A stretch of DNA of 64,000 nt from Bacteroidota bacterium (GTDB lineage: Bacteria > Bacteroidota > Bacteroidia > UBA8524), in the NCBI GenBank assembly GCA_016124735.1, contig WGMZ01000024.1:1-64000 (forward strand), written 5' to 3'. Below are positions 1 to 8,738 of this stretch, one piece after another. Each line of letters starts with the position of its first letter. Positions within the stretch are counted from its first letter, which is position 1. Made by a program: the position numbers and the translations under genes. The notes beneath the pieces are model-generated. The model was given only the letters and a program-made list of their open reading frames with translations. It made no database searches and was not told the DNA's origin.

Positions 1-110
1 ATAAATGGCCCGCAAAACAGCAGAGCCTTCTTGTATTTCAGGGGGGTCAGTTTAACGCGGAATAGACGGGTCAATTTGACGCGGAATAGGTGGACCTCAT
101 TGCCGCGGAA

Positions 111-884
111 CTACTGGATCACTTTGCGCGGAAACTCCACGTAAGCGAGGATAAAGTCAAATGCGAATGTGACAGCTATTAAAGCAACTATTTTGAGGTA
201 TTTGGTCTTGGACTTTTCTTCAGAGAACTTATGGATTAAAAATCCTAAACCTAAAAAGATGGCTGGAATAGCTAGAATGAAAACTAATTCTAAAACACCA
301 TGTTGAAAAGCTTTATTTACCGCTTGAGCATCGAATATGGCTTGTGTTATTTTGGTGTCATCAGGGGTGAAGTCCTTGAAGAAAGCGGAAAATGCTGCAG
401 AACTGTAAAAAACAAATAGATAGATTGTCAATACGAAGAGAATCACTATTCCTATCCACAAGCTGACTTTGACAATCGATTCACCTGTTATTGTTTGTGG
501 GTTTTCTTTGATATGATCGATTTCCTGTGAAACAGCAATAATTTTCCCTTCCTCGTGGTTTAATTTTTCCTTTTCGGTGGTTATCTGAGCAGTTAAATTT
601 TTAGTTTTCGCTTCAAAGGTGCTTATTTCTTGCCTGATTTTGTTTTTCCTTTCCGCTTGCTTTATGGCATCCATCTGAATGTAACGGGAAAGCTGCATGT
701 AAACAGATTGTAATTTAGGGAGCAGTGCTTTAGATGATCCTCCAACAAATCCCGCATCCCTGGTGCCTTTTGCGGTGTAGGAGGCTCCAGATATTTGAGC
801 AATGTCTTCGCTCGCCTGATGTTGGTTGTCATCGCTCAACACTGAGCTTTTTTTATTGATGGCGAATGTTTCTTTAAGTCCCAT
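111..884 (-). CDS. hypothetical membrane protein with central coiled-coil and 3-4 C-terminal TM helices
   Basis: ORF of 257 aa. Lys/Glu-rich heptad-like segment at about residues 60-130. Hydrophobic helices (VSLWIGIVILFVLTIYLFVFY, LELVFILAIPAIFLGLGFL, IVALIAVTFAFDFILAY). A 2-nt gap to the upstream TerB-like ORF suggests co-transcription. Confidence 0.5.
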   Translation of the reverse strand: MGLKETFAINKKSSVLSDDNQHQASEDIAQISGASYTAKGTRDAGFVGGSSKALLPKLQSVYMQLSRYIQMDAIKQAERKNKIRQEISTFEAKTKNLTAQITTEKEKLNHEEGKIIAVSQEIDHIKENPQTITGESIVKVSLWIGIVILFVLTIYLFVFYSSAAFSAFFKDFTPDDTKITQAIFDAQAVNKAFQHGVLELVFILAIPAIFLGLGFLIHKFSEEKSKTKYLKIVALIAVTFAFDFILAYVEFPRKVIQ

Positions 885-886
885 AT

Positions 887-1285
887 TCAGGAGTTTTCAA
901 TGGTTGACAAAACTTCCGAAAAAGTCTTGTTGGCTTTAATTTCCTTGATAAGAAAATGGGAAATCTCTTCGGCGTTCTCAGAGCCAAACCCAAGGCGGAT
1001 GCTGGTTTCTTGAAGAAGATTTATTTCTTGATCGTCTATTTTTCCATCCGCCCAAGCTATCCTCGCCAAATTATAGAGATATTCTATCTTGTCTTCACTG
1101 GATAGAGACTCCAGATTTATCAGTGTATTTGGTGAGAAAATAGCTTCTTGTATTTCTTCCTCGGTAATACCACCTTTTTCCTTTCCAATTTCATAAAGGA
1201 GCTCAAGTTCTTTTGGATGTACCTCTGCATCTATTAATAACATTTGATACAGACCCAGAAACTTCTTTTTGTCGATTTCTTCCAT
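887..1285 (-). CDS. TerB-like (tellurite-resistance TerB / DjlA N-domain family) protein
   Basis: 132 aa. The motif LARIAWADGKIDDQEINLL matches the conserved TerB helix (A-A-D-G-x-I-D-x-x-E). Small all-helical protein. Confidence 0.55.
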   Translation of the reverse strand: MEEIDKKKFLGLYQMLLIDAEVHPKELELLYEIGKEKGGITEEEIQEAIFSPNTLINLESLSSEDKIEYLYNLARIAWADGKIDDQEINLLQETSIRLGFGSENAEEISHFLIKEIKANKTFSEVLSTIENS

Positions 1286-1761
1286 GATGTCAAATGGTTA
1301 AGGTGGAATGATCCGTTATTAATGTTTTAGACGGAAAAATCCATTTCTTCTTTTTTAACGGGAAAGTTTATTTCCCAGTCATTATTGGCCATTTCCAAAA
1401 TGGCGAGTAGGATTTCCGAAAACTTAGTCCAGTGCTTTGGAAAGAATAAAATTTCCGTTGGTGTTTTGAAAAAGATTCTGCGACATGGCTATAAAACTGA
1501 TTGGTAGGGAAGGAGATCAGGAGACTGTTGACTACGTCAACAAAAGCGAAGAAAGCGAAAAGGATCCCGCTTTGCGGGAAAAACGAATCGAACGAATTCG
1601 CTTCGCGAATAAAACGATGCTGACTGCGTCAGCAATAGAATTAAGCGAATTAAGCGAAGGAAATGAAATAAGCGTAGAAAAAAGACATCGATAAAATAAC
1701 TGTTATTTCGCTTAAGTCGCTTACTTCGTTTTTCATGCGAAGTGTGATCTGTTAGTTTACC

Positions 1762-2574
1762 CTATCGGACGAGTATATAAGTCAGCCAGTAATTATCTGA
1801 AGGTTGGGCGGCTAACATAACAATTTTGTGATCCGTCAGTTCGATTATATCGAAATTGAATAAGCCAAAATAGATCTTCTGAATGGTATATGAATAACCC
1901 CACTCGCCGACATCCGTCGGGTTGGTTTCGTTGGGACTGCATTTTGTTTTTCCACCGTGAATTTCAACAACATTATTACTTAAAAAGTGGTATTCGTTAT
2001 CCTTGTCACAATCGGCCATATCGCTAAATAAGTCGGAAGTGGTTCCGTTGGAAATTTCAATGATGGATTGTATGGTCCACGGTGCGCTCATGATAAGTGC
2101 CATTTCAGCCACTCCTCTTCGCGCCTTACCACGGATAAAAGTTATAATTTCAATGTAACCTTCATCGGTGTTTTCAAAACGGCAGACCATTTCGTTATCC
2201 GAATGCTTCAAAAGGGTGTAAGGGTCTCCGTCAAGGATAAGTACTTTCTCATCTCCGGAAAGACTCCATTCCATTATATCTGTGGAATCATCAGGTCCGG
2301 AATTGCAATGGACGTCGCCGAATTTCTTCGCGATGATATGGCTGCTCAGAAAGACCAGAGAATCATCCAGTTCACAATCGTCCGTAAACTGGTAATCATC
2401 TGTTGTATCGCCATCTTCAATCCTAACATAAGATTCAATTACCCAGGCACTACGCATCAGATAGCTTTGCATTTCAGAAGGGGTAGTGTTAAGAGGTGGA
2501 GAATCGGCGTTTTTATGGCATGCGGTCAACAGGAAGCTACACGCAGTTGCGAGCATTATAAAACTGATTTTCAT
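1762..2574 (-). CDS. hypothetical lipoprotein
   Basis: 270 aa. N-terminal signal peptide with lipobox (FLLTAC). Acidic secreted domain. No recognisable family. Confidence 0.5.
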   Translation of the reverse strand: MKISFIMLATACSFLLTACHKNADSPPLNTTPSEMQSYLMRSAWVIESYVRIEDGDTTDDYQFTDDCELDDSLVFLSSHIIAKKFGDVHCNSGPDDSTDIMEWSLSGDEKVLILDGDPYTLLKHSDNEMVCRFENTDEGYIEIITFIRGKARRGVAEMALIMSAPWTIQSIIEISNGTTSDLFSDMADCDKDNEYHFLSNNVVEIHGGKTKCSPNETNPTDVGEWGYSYTIQKIYFGLFNFDIIELTDHKIVMLAAQPSDNYWLTYILVR

Positions 2575-2653
2575 GAACTTCCGGGGTTTGGTGAGTGCCG
2601 AAGGTAGGTGGAATTATCGGTGCCGGTCGGATTTATTCTCCTCAACGTCTGTT

Positions 2654-3118
2654 TTACTCAATATCCATCACATTATATAAGCGGGCCAGGCTATGTTTTG
2701 AAAAATAACGAAAGGCCAGTTCAATGAATACAAAGCGTATCATGAGCAGTTGGATGGCAACCACGATCAGATTCATCCATGCATGCCCCTCACCGGGACC
2801 GGCAAACATGGTCAGTAAAGCGACAAGCGGAAATGCCAGAAAGATTCCGAGAATGATGCGAAAGGGTTTATTGATCGACACATCCACCTGCACTTCGTTT
2901 TCTGTCACGCTTCCGTTCAAAGCACAAAATGCGCCGGAACCAATGGCCGATGAAATCAGCGAGAATTGATTGCCATGAATCGATCCGATGAAAGATTTAC
3001 TAGTTCGTTGCGATACCAGCCGTTCGGAATATTCCGTCTGTCGCTTCAATCGCTCCAAAGCGGCCTCTGGTTGTTGATTCAGCCTGAGTAAATGGGTTTT
3101 TTCGGGAAAGAGTTTCAT
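2654..3118 (-). CDS. hypothetical membrane protein
   Basis: 154 aa ORF with 2-3 predicted TM helices in the C-terminal half. No family recognised. Confidence 0.4.
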   Translation of the reverse strand: MKLFPEKTHLLRLNQQPEAALERLKRQTEYSERLVSQRTSKSFIGSIHGNQFSLISSAIGSGAFCALNGSVTENEVQVDVSINKPFRIILGIFLAFPLVALLTMFAGPGEGHAWMNLIVVAIQLLMIRFVFIELAFRYFSKHSLARLYNVMDIE

Positions 3119-3189
3119 GGGACGAACTTAAATTTTGTTTGGGAGAAAAGCTGGGAGGAGAGCAAAAGATGCCTGCCACAAACTTGACT

Positions 3190-3921
3190 TTAAAAGTCTT
3201 CCCGATCCCAGGCCAGAACCTGAACACCAGGTGAGTAGTGAACTTTGGTGGGTTCTCCTTGAAAAAGCGTCTTGAATCCGGGATAGTGCAAATCGAGATG
3301 GAGAATTTTTGCTGTACGCAGGGGCCATTGCAGATGATGGATATCGTATTGGTTGATCTTTTCTTCGGTGTCCTGAAACAAGACATAACGCTCGGTTAGC
3401 CATCGATCTACATCTGATTTATCGGAGATGGGATTGCCCAATTCGTAACGAAGGGACAGTCTTTCTTTTGTGAACTTATTAAAAGAATTAAAGTACCCAA
3501 TCGTTCGTTTCATTTCAGAAAATCGATAAGGCAATCGAGAAATCCATTTGGCGGCCCAGGTGGAAAGCAGTTTACTGGCTTCAATGCTTAAAAAATATAC
3601 GCCGGCTTTTTTCTGATACCGGACATAGGTCCTCAGGTTGAGCGCGTGAAAATTGGAAACAGGAGGGAAGGCAGGTAAAAATCGGGGACATACATGCTTC
3701 ATGTCAAAAGCCACCAGCGATACCCAAGCATTTCCATCATGCAGGTCAATCTCCAAATTTTTAGGAACGAAAGGTTGAAGGTCTTGTAATTCAACTTTCC
3801 AATGAAGGAAAAGTACATGCATCCATTCCTGGTAGAATTTCCAGGGTTCTGTAGAAAGCGGCCAGGGACGGTGCGATGTTTCTTGTAATATAGCCGTACT
3901 GGATTGTTTATTTTCTTTCAT
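3190..3921 (-). CDS. DUF2071 (YqjF-like) family protein
   Basis: 243 aa. Contains W-P-L / LFLHW / HHLQWPL motifs characteristic of the YqjF/DUF2071 family. Confidence 0.5.
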   Translation of the reverse strand: MKENKQSSTAILQETSHRPWPLSTEPWKFYQEWMHVLFLHWKVELQDLQPFVPKNLEIDLHDGNAWVSLVAFDMKHVCPRFLPAFPPVSNFHALNLRTYVRYQKKAGVYFLSIEASKLLSTWAAKWISRLPYRFSEMKRTIGYFNSFNKFTKERLSLRYELGNPISDKSDVDRWLTERYVLFQDTEEKINQYDIHHLQWPLRTAKILHLDLHYPGFKTLFQGEPTKVHYSPGVQVLAWDREDF

Positions 3922-3962
3922 AACAGCCCTAACTCTTCAATCCTTTTAATATCACAATTACA

Positions 3963-4256
3963 TTATTCATTTACTGAAGTTAAGTAGTGAAACATTTGCA
4001 TCGCAATAAGCGAGGCAATAATCAAAGCGATAGCTAATGCAAAAACAGATTTGGCAATTTGCATTTGTTTATTCCGTGCTAAGCTCCGTTTGAGGGCCTG
4101 GAATTCCTCCGGACTGGCATGCCTGTATTTGAGCATTTCTCTTTTGTTGGCATGCATCAGGGCAGGGTCGAGCCGGAAAAATCCACGCTTTCTGCGCATC
4201 GCTTCGTTTTCACGAATGCGTGCGTTCATGTCCGATGTATGTCCAGCGAAACTCAT
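3963..4256 (-). CDS. hypothetical small membrane-anchored protein
   Basis: 97 aa. Basic N-terminal region followed by a single C-terminal TM helix (VFALAIALIIASLIAMQMF). Confidence 0.35.
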   Translation of the reverse strand: MSFAGHTSDMNARIRENEAMRRKRGFFRLDPALMHANKREMLKYRHASPEEFQALKRSLARNKQMQIAKSVFALAIALIIASLIAMQMFHYLTSVNE

Positions 4257-4573
4257 CTTCGGTTGTCTATTCCTTCACCAGTTTATGCACCGCGCTCTTT
4301 TCTCCTGTATCAATGATTATAAGATACACGCTGGCAGGAGCATCCATATCCATTTGTGCCTCACGAATAGTGCTGAAGCTTTTGGAGGAAAAACGAAAAA
4401 CAGCAAATGGACATTGTGATAGTGGGACTTTGAGACTTTGTGATGAATTTGGCCGGGCAAATAACAACCGTGTCTCCTTCCGGCGTTAGCTGAGAAATCT
4501 CTGCGTCATCGCATTAAAAAATATTCCGCAAACTTGCTGAAACCCGATACCTGAAACCTGACTCCTGCTTTCC

Positions 4574-4759
4574 TTACTTCTCACATTCCTCCAGACAAAC
4601 ACACCAGGCATCGCCGGGTTGGCAATCGGGAGTAACAGGACAGGAAGCGCAGTCTTCCGATTTGGCACATTCCTTTTTATGAGATGAAGTCGAATGAGCG
4701 TAGGCAAATCCTCCCATCAGGAGGGCAGAAGCGGCGAGACTTAAAACAATTTTTTTCAT
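4574..4759 (-). CDS. small secreted cysteine-rich peptide
   Basis: 61 aa. Signal peptide MKKIVLSLAASALLMGGFAYA. Mature region of about 40 aa with 8 Cys (CAKSEDCASCPVTPDCQPGDAWCVCLEECEK). Confidence 0.4.
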   Translation of the reverse strand: MKKIVLSLAASALLMGGFAYAHSTSSHKKECAKSEDCASCPVTPDCQPGDAWCVCLEECEK

Positions 4760-4768
4760 GATTTTACT

Positions 4769-4957
4769 TTATTTCTTTGATTGGTTCTTCTTCTGAGTAA
4801 ATGAGATGGCCAATCCCGCACCTACGGCAATTCCTAAACTGAGCCAAAGGGTCAGGTTGTCGAATGCAACACCCAGGGCAGTCCCTATGGCTGCGCCAAT
4901 TGCTAGCCCGGGAAAGACGGATTTTTTTTTCGACATTGCTACAGGTTTTAATTTCAT
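4769..4957 (-). CDS. small glycine-zipper membrane protein
   Basis: 62 aa. GxxxG/AxxxG repeats (GLAIGAAIGTALGVAF, GIAVGAGLAISF). Lys-rich C-terminus. Confidence 0.35.
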   Translation of the reverse strand: MKLKPVAMSKKKSVFPGLAIGAAIGTALGVAFDNLTLWLSLGIAVGAGLAISFTQKKNQSKK

Positions 4958-5006
4958 CTAAGTTAAGAAAACGTACTGATAAAACATCATGCTTATCCGC
5001 TTCTCC

Positions 5007-5087
5007 CATTTTGGCCTTGATTTTTTGGTTCGTTTGGAATTTATGTTGAGCGAAGTCGAAGCATCAAGACAAAATGAACATACAATA
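5007..5087 (+). repeat. dispersed repeat, copy 1 (about 80 nt)
   Basis: Near-identical (2-3 mismatches) to the reverse complement of 17664..17743. Contains the GAGCGAAGTCGAAGC motif. Confidence 0.7.
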
Positions 5088-5170
5088 AGCAAGAAATAGG
5101 ATAATTCTCTTCAATCACAAATGGTATTGAAACGGAGACTCATGTTAAATATTCTTTCGTCGGATTTCCA

Positions 5171-6595
5171 TCAATCTTCAAGAATTTGAATGGTTTTCTT
5201 AAGTAGCGGATCGCCTTTCATGTCGGGTTTCGGTTCCATGGGGTAGTTCACCTGAAGATTGACTGTGGAATAGGGACTGGAATTTCGGATATGGTATGCC
5301 ACCAAAGGCACGTCCACACGAATTTGGCTATTCGGCAAAACGAGTTGGAGGGTGATACCGGAATTGCTTCCCACAAATGCTCCTCCCGGATTTTCTCCGC
5401 TGAATTGCGTATGGTTTCGATCCTGCAATACGCTAATTACTTCTGTTGTGGTTGAATTGCAGGCACCATCGCAAAGCACAAGCATTCGTCCTTTAAACCT
5501 GTGATCCTGCGGGTATTTCAGTCCGAGCGCCGGATGCTTGAGCCAGAGAATCTGACCCTTTTCATTGCGAATGCCGGTTGGGAAGCCCGGATAGGAAGGA
5601 AGCGGAGAGAAGGGCAATTCTTTCGATATATCGCTGGTTTTTAATTGAAGGGAATGGCAGTAGATGAATGGGTCATGCATCAGGTAGCGGCAAAGTTCCA
5701 TGCCCAGTTCACTCAAGCCTCCGGTATTTCCCCGAAGATCCAGGATAAGTTTCTGTGCGGTATCAACTCCTGATTCCAGAAAGATTTGATCCAGGTCATC
5801 AAGAAAAATCTTTTTTTCCTCCGGAGTATCATCTACAGCAAAGCTGGAAACTTTGAGGTAAAATATCTCCGGACGAATCCAGTACCCTTGCACGTTGGGC
5901 GTGGGTTCTGAAGCATTGTACTGGCGTTGGAGCAGGATGTCCACACGGGTAACACCCATGAGCGAAAACTGCATAGGTTGACCATTTCTTGTTGCATGCA
6001 CGGTGTAGAATTCATGGTCGCTACCAAATCGAAGTGCTGAGTACCAGTACAAACCTGTTTGAATGGCGGCGAGTTTGCGTGCAGGGGTATTTCCATCGGA
6101 GGCGATCAGGGGAAGTATGCTGTCGACCCAATCTGAGCATGCCACCCCGTTGATGGAGTCGATTCGATCACCCACCTGAAGCTGTCCTGTTTCATCTGCA
6201 CTCTCATTCACATAGTAGGCATCACCAATTTTTATCAGATTGAAGGGCAGGTATGCTGCAGTGTTATCGTAGTAATCCATCTCGTTAGATGGTGGCAATG
6301 CCCTTGTGTGGCTGCAGGCAACGCTTGCCGCAAGTTCCATAATCAAAGCCGAAAATTCTTCGGAGCTCGCCTTTTCCGGCAATGAATCTTTTGCTTCCTG
6401 AATATTTTTCCAGATGGATGAGTCGCCATAGCGGCCGATTCCCGGATGATACATTCGAAGGGTATGTTGCAAGGAATCCAAATCTTCTATCATCTGCTGC
6501 TTATTCCAGAAAACATTGAGCGGGTTTTTCTGAGCTTTAATCAAGGAGGCCTGAAGGGTCAATACCAGCAGAATCAGGAGTATGCGTGGAAACAT
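5171..6595 (-). CDS. S41 family (tail-specific/C-terminal processing-like) peptidase
   Basis: DLRGNTGG motif typical of peptidase S41. Signal peptide if started at the internal Met (MFPRILLILLVLTLQASLIKAQ). The upstream ORF extension to 6730 is probably not translated. Confidence 0.75.
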   Translation of the reverse strand: MFPRILLILLVLTLQASLIKAQKNPLNVFWNKQQMIEDLDSLQHTLRMYHPGIGRYGDSSIWKNIQEAKDSLPEKASSEEFSALIMELAASVACSHTRALPPSNEMDYYDNTAAYLPFNLIKIGDAYYVNESADETGQLQVGDRIDSINGVACSDWVDSILPLIASDGNTPARKLAAIQTGLYWYSALRFGSDHEFYTVHATRNGQPMQFSLMGVTRVDILLQRQYNASEPTPNVQGYWIRPEIFYLKVSSFAVDDTPEEKKIFLDDLDQIFLESGVDTAQKLILDLRGNTGGLSELGMELCRYLMHDPFIYCHSLQLKTSDISKELPFSPLPSYPGFPTGIRNEKGQILWLKHPALGLKYPQDHRFKGRMLVLCDGACNSTTTEVISVLQDRNHTQFSGENPGGAFVGSNSGITLQLVLPNSQIRVDVPLVAYHIRNSSPYSTVNLQVNYPMEPKPDMKGDPLLKKTIQILED

Positions 6596-6683
6596 AGTTG
6601 ATAAGCTACAATAACCGGACTGATTTTCGATTGAATCAAAGAATTTGCATTGATTTATTAAGAATTGGTATCTTTCCCTTTCG

Positions 6684-7127
6684 ATGATGTTTTCTTTTAA
6701 GCCGCTGGAAAAGAATGAGATGGATAGCATTGCTACCTGGCGTTATGCGGATGGGAAATCGCTTTACATGCGCCCTTATTTTTTGGCGCTGAAGGAAAAC
6801 AAAAGGCTTCGTGGCCCGGGAGGCTGTGAAGGCTTTGCTGCCTATTACAAAGGACATTTGGCCGGACTTTTTGAGTTTACCATGAAAGACAAAGGTTTGG
6901 TTATTGGTCTGGCTTTGCGTCCGAATCTGGTAGGGAAAGGCCTGGGAGTTGACTTTGTGCTCCAGGGGATTCATTTTGGAATTGAATATTACGAGTACAC
7001 CGACTCTGCAATCTATCTTGATGTGGCTCAAAATAATAAAGCAGCAATAGCCGTATATCGGAGAATTGGTTTCTATGAGTTGGGGATGAATGGCAAGGAT
7101 ATTCGGATGAAGCTGGAGTTGTTTTGA
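6684..7127 (+). CDS. GNAT family N-acetyltransferase
   Basis: 147 aa. GKGLG acetyl-CoA binding motif and AAIAVYRRIGF C-terminal motif. Confidence 0.7.
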   Translation: MMFSFKPLEKNEMDSIATWRYADGKSLYMRPYFLALKENKRLRGPGGCEGFAAYYKGHLAGLFEFTMKDKGLVIGLALRPNLVGKGLGVDFVLQGIHFGIEYYEYTDSAIYLDVAQNNKAAIAVYRRIGFYELGMNGKDIRMKLELF

Positions 7128-7136
7128 TTTTCGCTG

Positions 7137-7232
7137 TTCGAAGTTCGAAGTTCGATGTTCGACTTTAGATTTTCGACTTTAGATTTTCGACTTTAGATTT
7201 TCGACTCCTGTTTCCTGACTCCAGACTCTAGA
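7137..7232. repeat. tandem repeats (GTTCGAA x3-4, then a 14-nt unit CTTTAGATTTTCGA x3)
   Basis: Direct reading of the convergent intergenic region between the GNAT gene and the FAD oxidase gene. Confidence 0.75.
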
Positions 7233-7237
7233 CTTTC

Positions 7238-8707
7238 CTACCGGTAGTGCTCATAAAACAAATTATCGAAGCGTTCTTCCGGGTCGTATTTTCTTTTCAG
7301 GGCAAAGAAGGCATCGGCTTTTGGATAGGCCATTCGCATTTTATTCGGTGAGACATGCAAGCGGTATGGCAGGTAAAAGGTGCCGTCGAGTTGAATGGCG
7401 ATATCGGTAAGTGCATTGGTAAGTTCGCGCATGGCTTCTTCATCTTCGGGAGTCTTCAATTGATTGAAGAGATAGACAAAGCCAAACACCGGTTCACGGG
7501 CGTAATTGAGGTAGGAATCGATATCCGTTTGCACAGCACGAATGGTAATATTAAGCAGATCGATTCTGGATGCTTTCAGGATAGGTTTGATGGCCCCCAA
7601 ATAGGCATTGAAATTTCGAACCGGAATAAAGTATTCGTGCAGGATGTCGGTGGAGTTGCTGTCTTTATTTTCAATCATGCTCACGGGGTCATTGAGCAAT
7701 TCATTTCTGGAAAACACGGTGTTTAAGTTGAGCTTGTTCATGCCTCGTTCCAAATCCCAGCGCAATCGCTTGCCGTATTCGCTGTTCACGCTACTGCGAA
7801 ATACCAAACGTGAAGATTCCAATTGTTGATCCTCTTTGGGTGTCATGGGCGGAATGGCTTCTGATGTTCTTTCAAAATAGTTCAGGATGGCTTCATCCAA
7901 AAATCCTTTACCGGAGATACGTAACCTCCCAAATACCAGGTCAACATTGGGGTTCTCCCGAATCATCTTTTTGTAATAATCCAGATAGTTTTTGGCACTC
8001 ACCGCCACGTATTTATACCGAAGCGCCTGGTTGCGCACTACGTGCAATTCCACGTCGAGTATGATTCCAAAAAGTCCGTATCCACCTAATACCAAATCAA
8101 AGAGTTCTTCATTTTCATCGCGACTGCAGTTCAGTATTTTGCCGTCGGCATTCATGAGGGTAAATGCTTTCACGCTGGATGCCAGGGGTGGCACATCTTT
8201 CTGCCAACCATGTCCGTTAACACTCAAAGACCCCCCCACAGAAAAGGAACTAAATGCCTGCATGATGGCAACAGAGCGGCCGTATTGATCCAGGAAATAC
8301 AAGGCGTCTTCCCAGAGTGCTCCGGAACCAATATGCAGAATATTGCGCAGAGTGTCCAGGTACATGTGCTTGTAGGGCAGCATGTTGACGACTATTCCAC
8401 CCGGGAATAGCGTATGACCGCCCATGCTGTGTTTGGCGCCAGCAAGTGAAACTTTTAGGTCGTTTTGCCTGGCATACTGCAGCAATTCCCGGAGCTGTTT
8501 TATCAAGGCCGCCGAATCTGTTTCAACCTTAATCAGGGTATCAATGGCTGTTTGGTTCAACTTGCTGGCATCGTCTGAATAGCCTTTCGGAACGCGGGCA
8601 GGCAATCCCGTTTCTTTCGATTTTGTTTTAAGCAGATGATAAGCAGGTACGGAAAACAACAATGCAATGAAGACAAGCACGGAAAGCCAGAGATATTTCC
8701 TTTTCAT
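7238..8707 (-). CDS. FAD-binding (PCMH-type) oxidoreductase, FAD-linked oxidase family
   Basis: 489 aa. N-terminal TM anchor. FAD-binding region with VSLAGAKHSMGGH (His for covalent FAD). Resembles D-arabinono-1,4-lactone oxidase-like enzymes. Confidence 0.7.
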   Translation of the reverse strand: MKRKYLWLSVLVFIALLFSVPAYHLLKTKSKETGLPARVPKGYSDDASKLNQTAIDTLIKVETDSAALIKQLRELLQYARQNDLKVSLAGAKHSMGGHTLFPGGIVVNMLPYKHMYLDTLRNILHIGSGALWEDALYFLDQYGRSVAIMQAFSSFSVGGSLSVNGHGWQKDVPPLASSVKAFTLMNADGKILNCSRDENEELFDLVLGGYGLFGIILDVELHVVRNQALRYKYVAVSAKNYLDYYKKMIRENPNVDLVFGRLRISGKGFLDEAILNYFERTSEAIPPMTPKEDQQLESSRLVFRSSVNSEYGKRLRWDLERGMNKLNLNTVFSRNELLNDPVSMIENKDSNSTDILHEYFIPVRNFNAYLGAIKPILKASRIDLLNITIRAVQTDIDSYLNYAREPVFGFVYLFNQLKTPEDEEAMRELTNALTDIAIQLDGTFYLPYRLHVSPNKMRMAYPKADAFFALKRKYDPEERFDNLFYEHYR

Positions 8708-8738
8708 GCCAATGAAGTTACAATAATGTGGTCACTCA

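Noticed and set aside
1485-1694. 69-aa plus-strand ORF
   Set aside because: Lies in a GCGAA-repeat-rich intergenic segment. It is a highly charged repetitive peptide with no RBS context, so probably non-coding.
2068-2680. Plus-strand ORFs of 179 aa and 64 aa
   Set aside because: Antisense to the well-supported lipoprotein gene 1762..2574. The sequence is Cys/His/Arg-rich nonsense with no start context.
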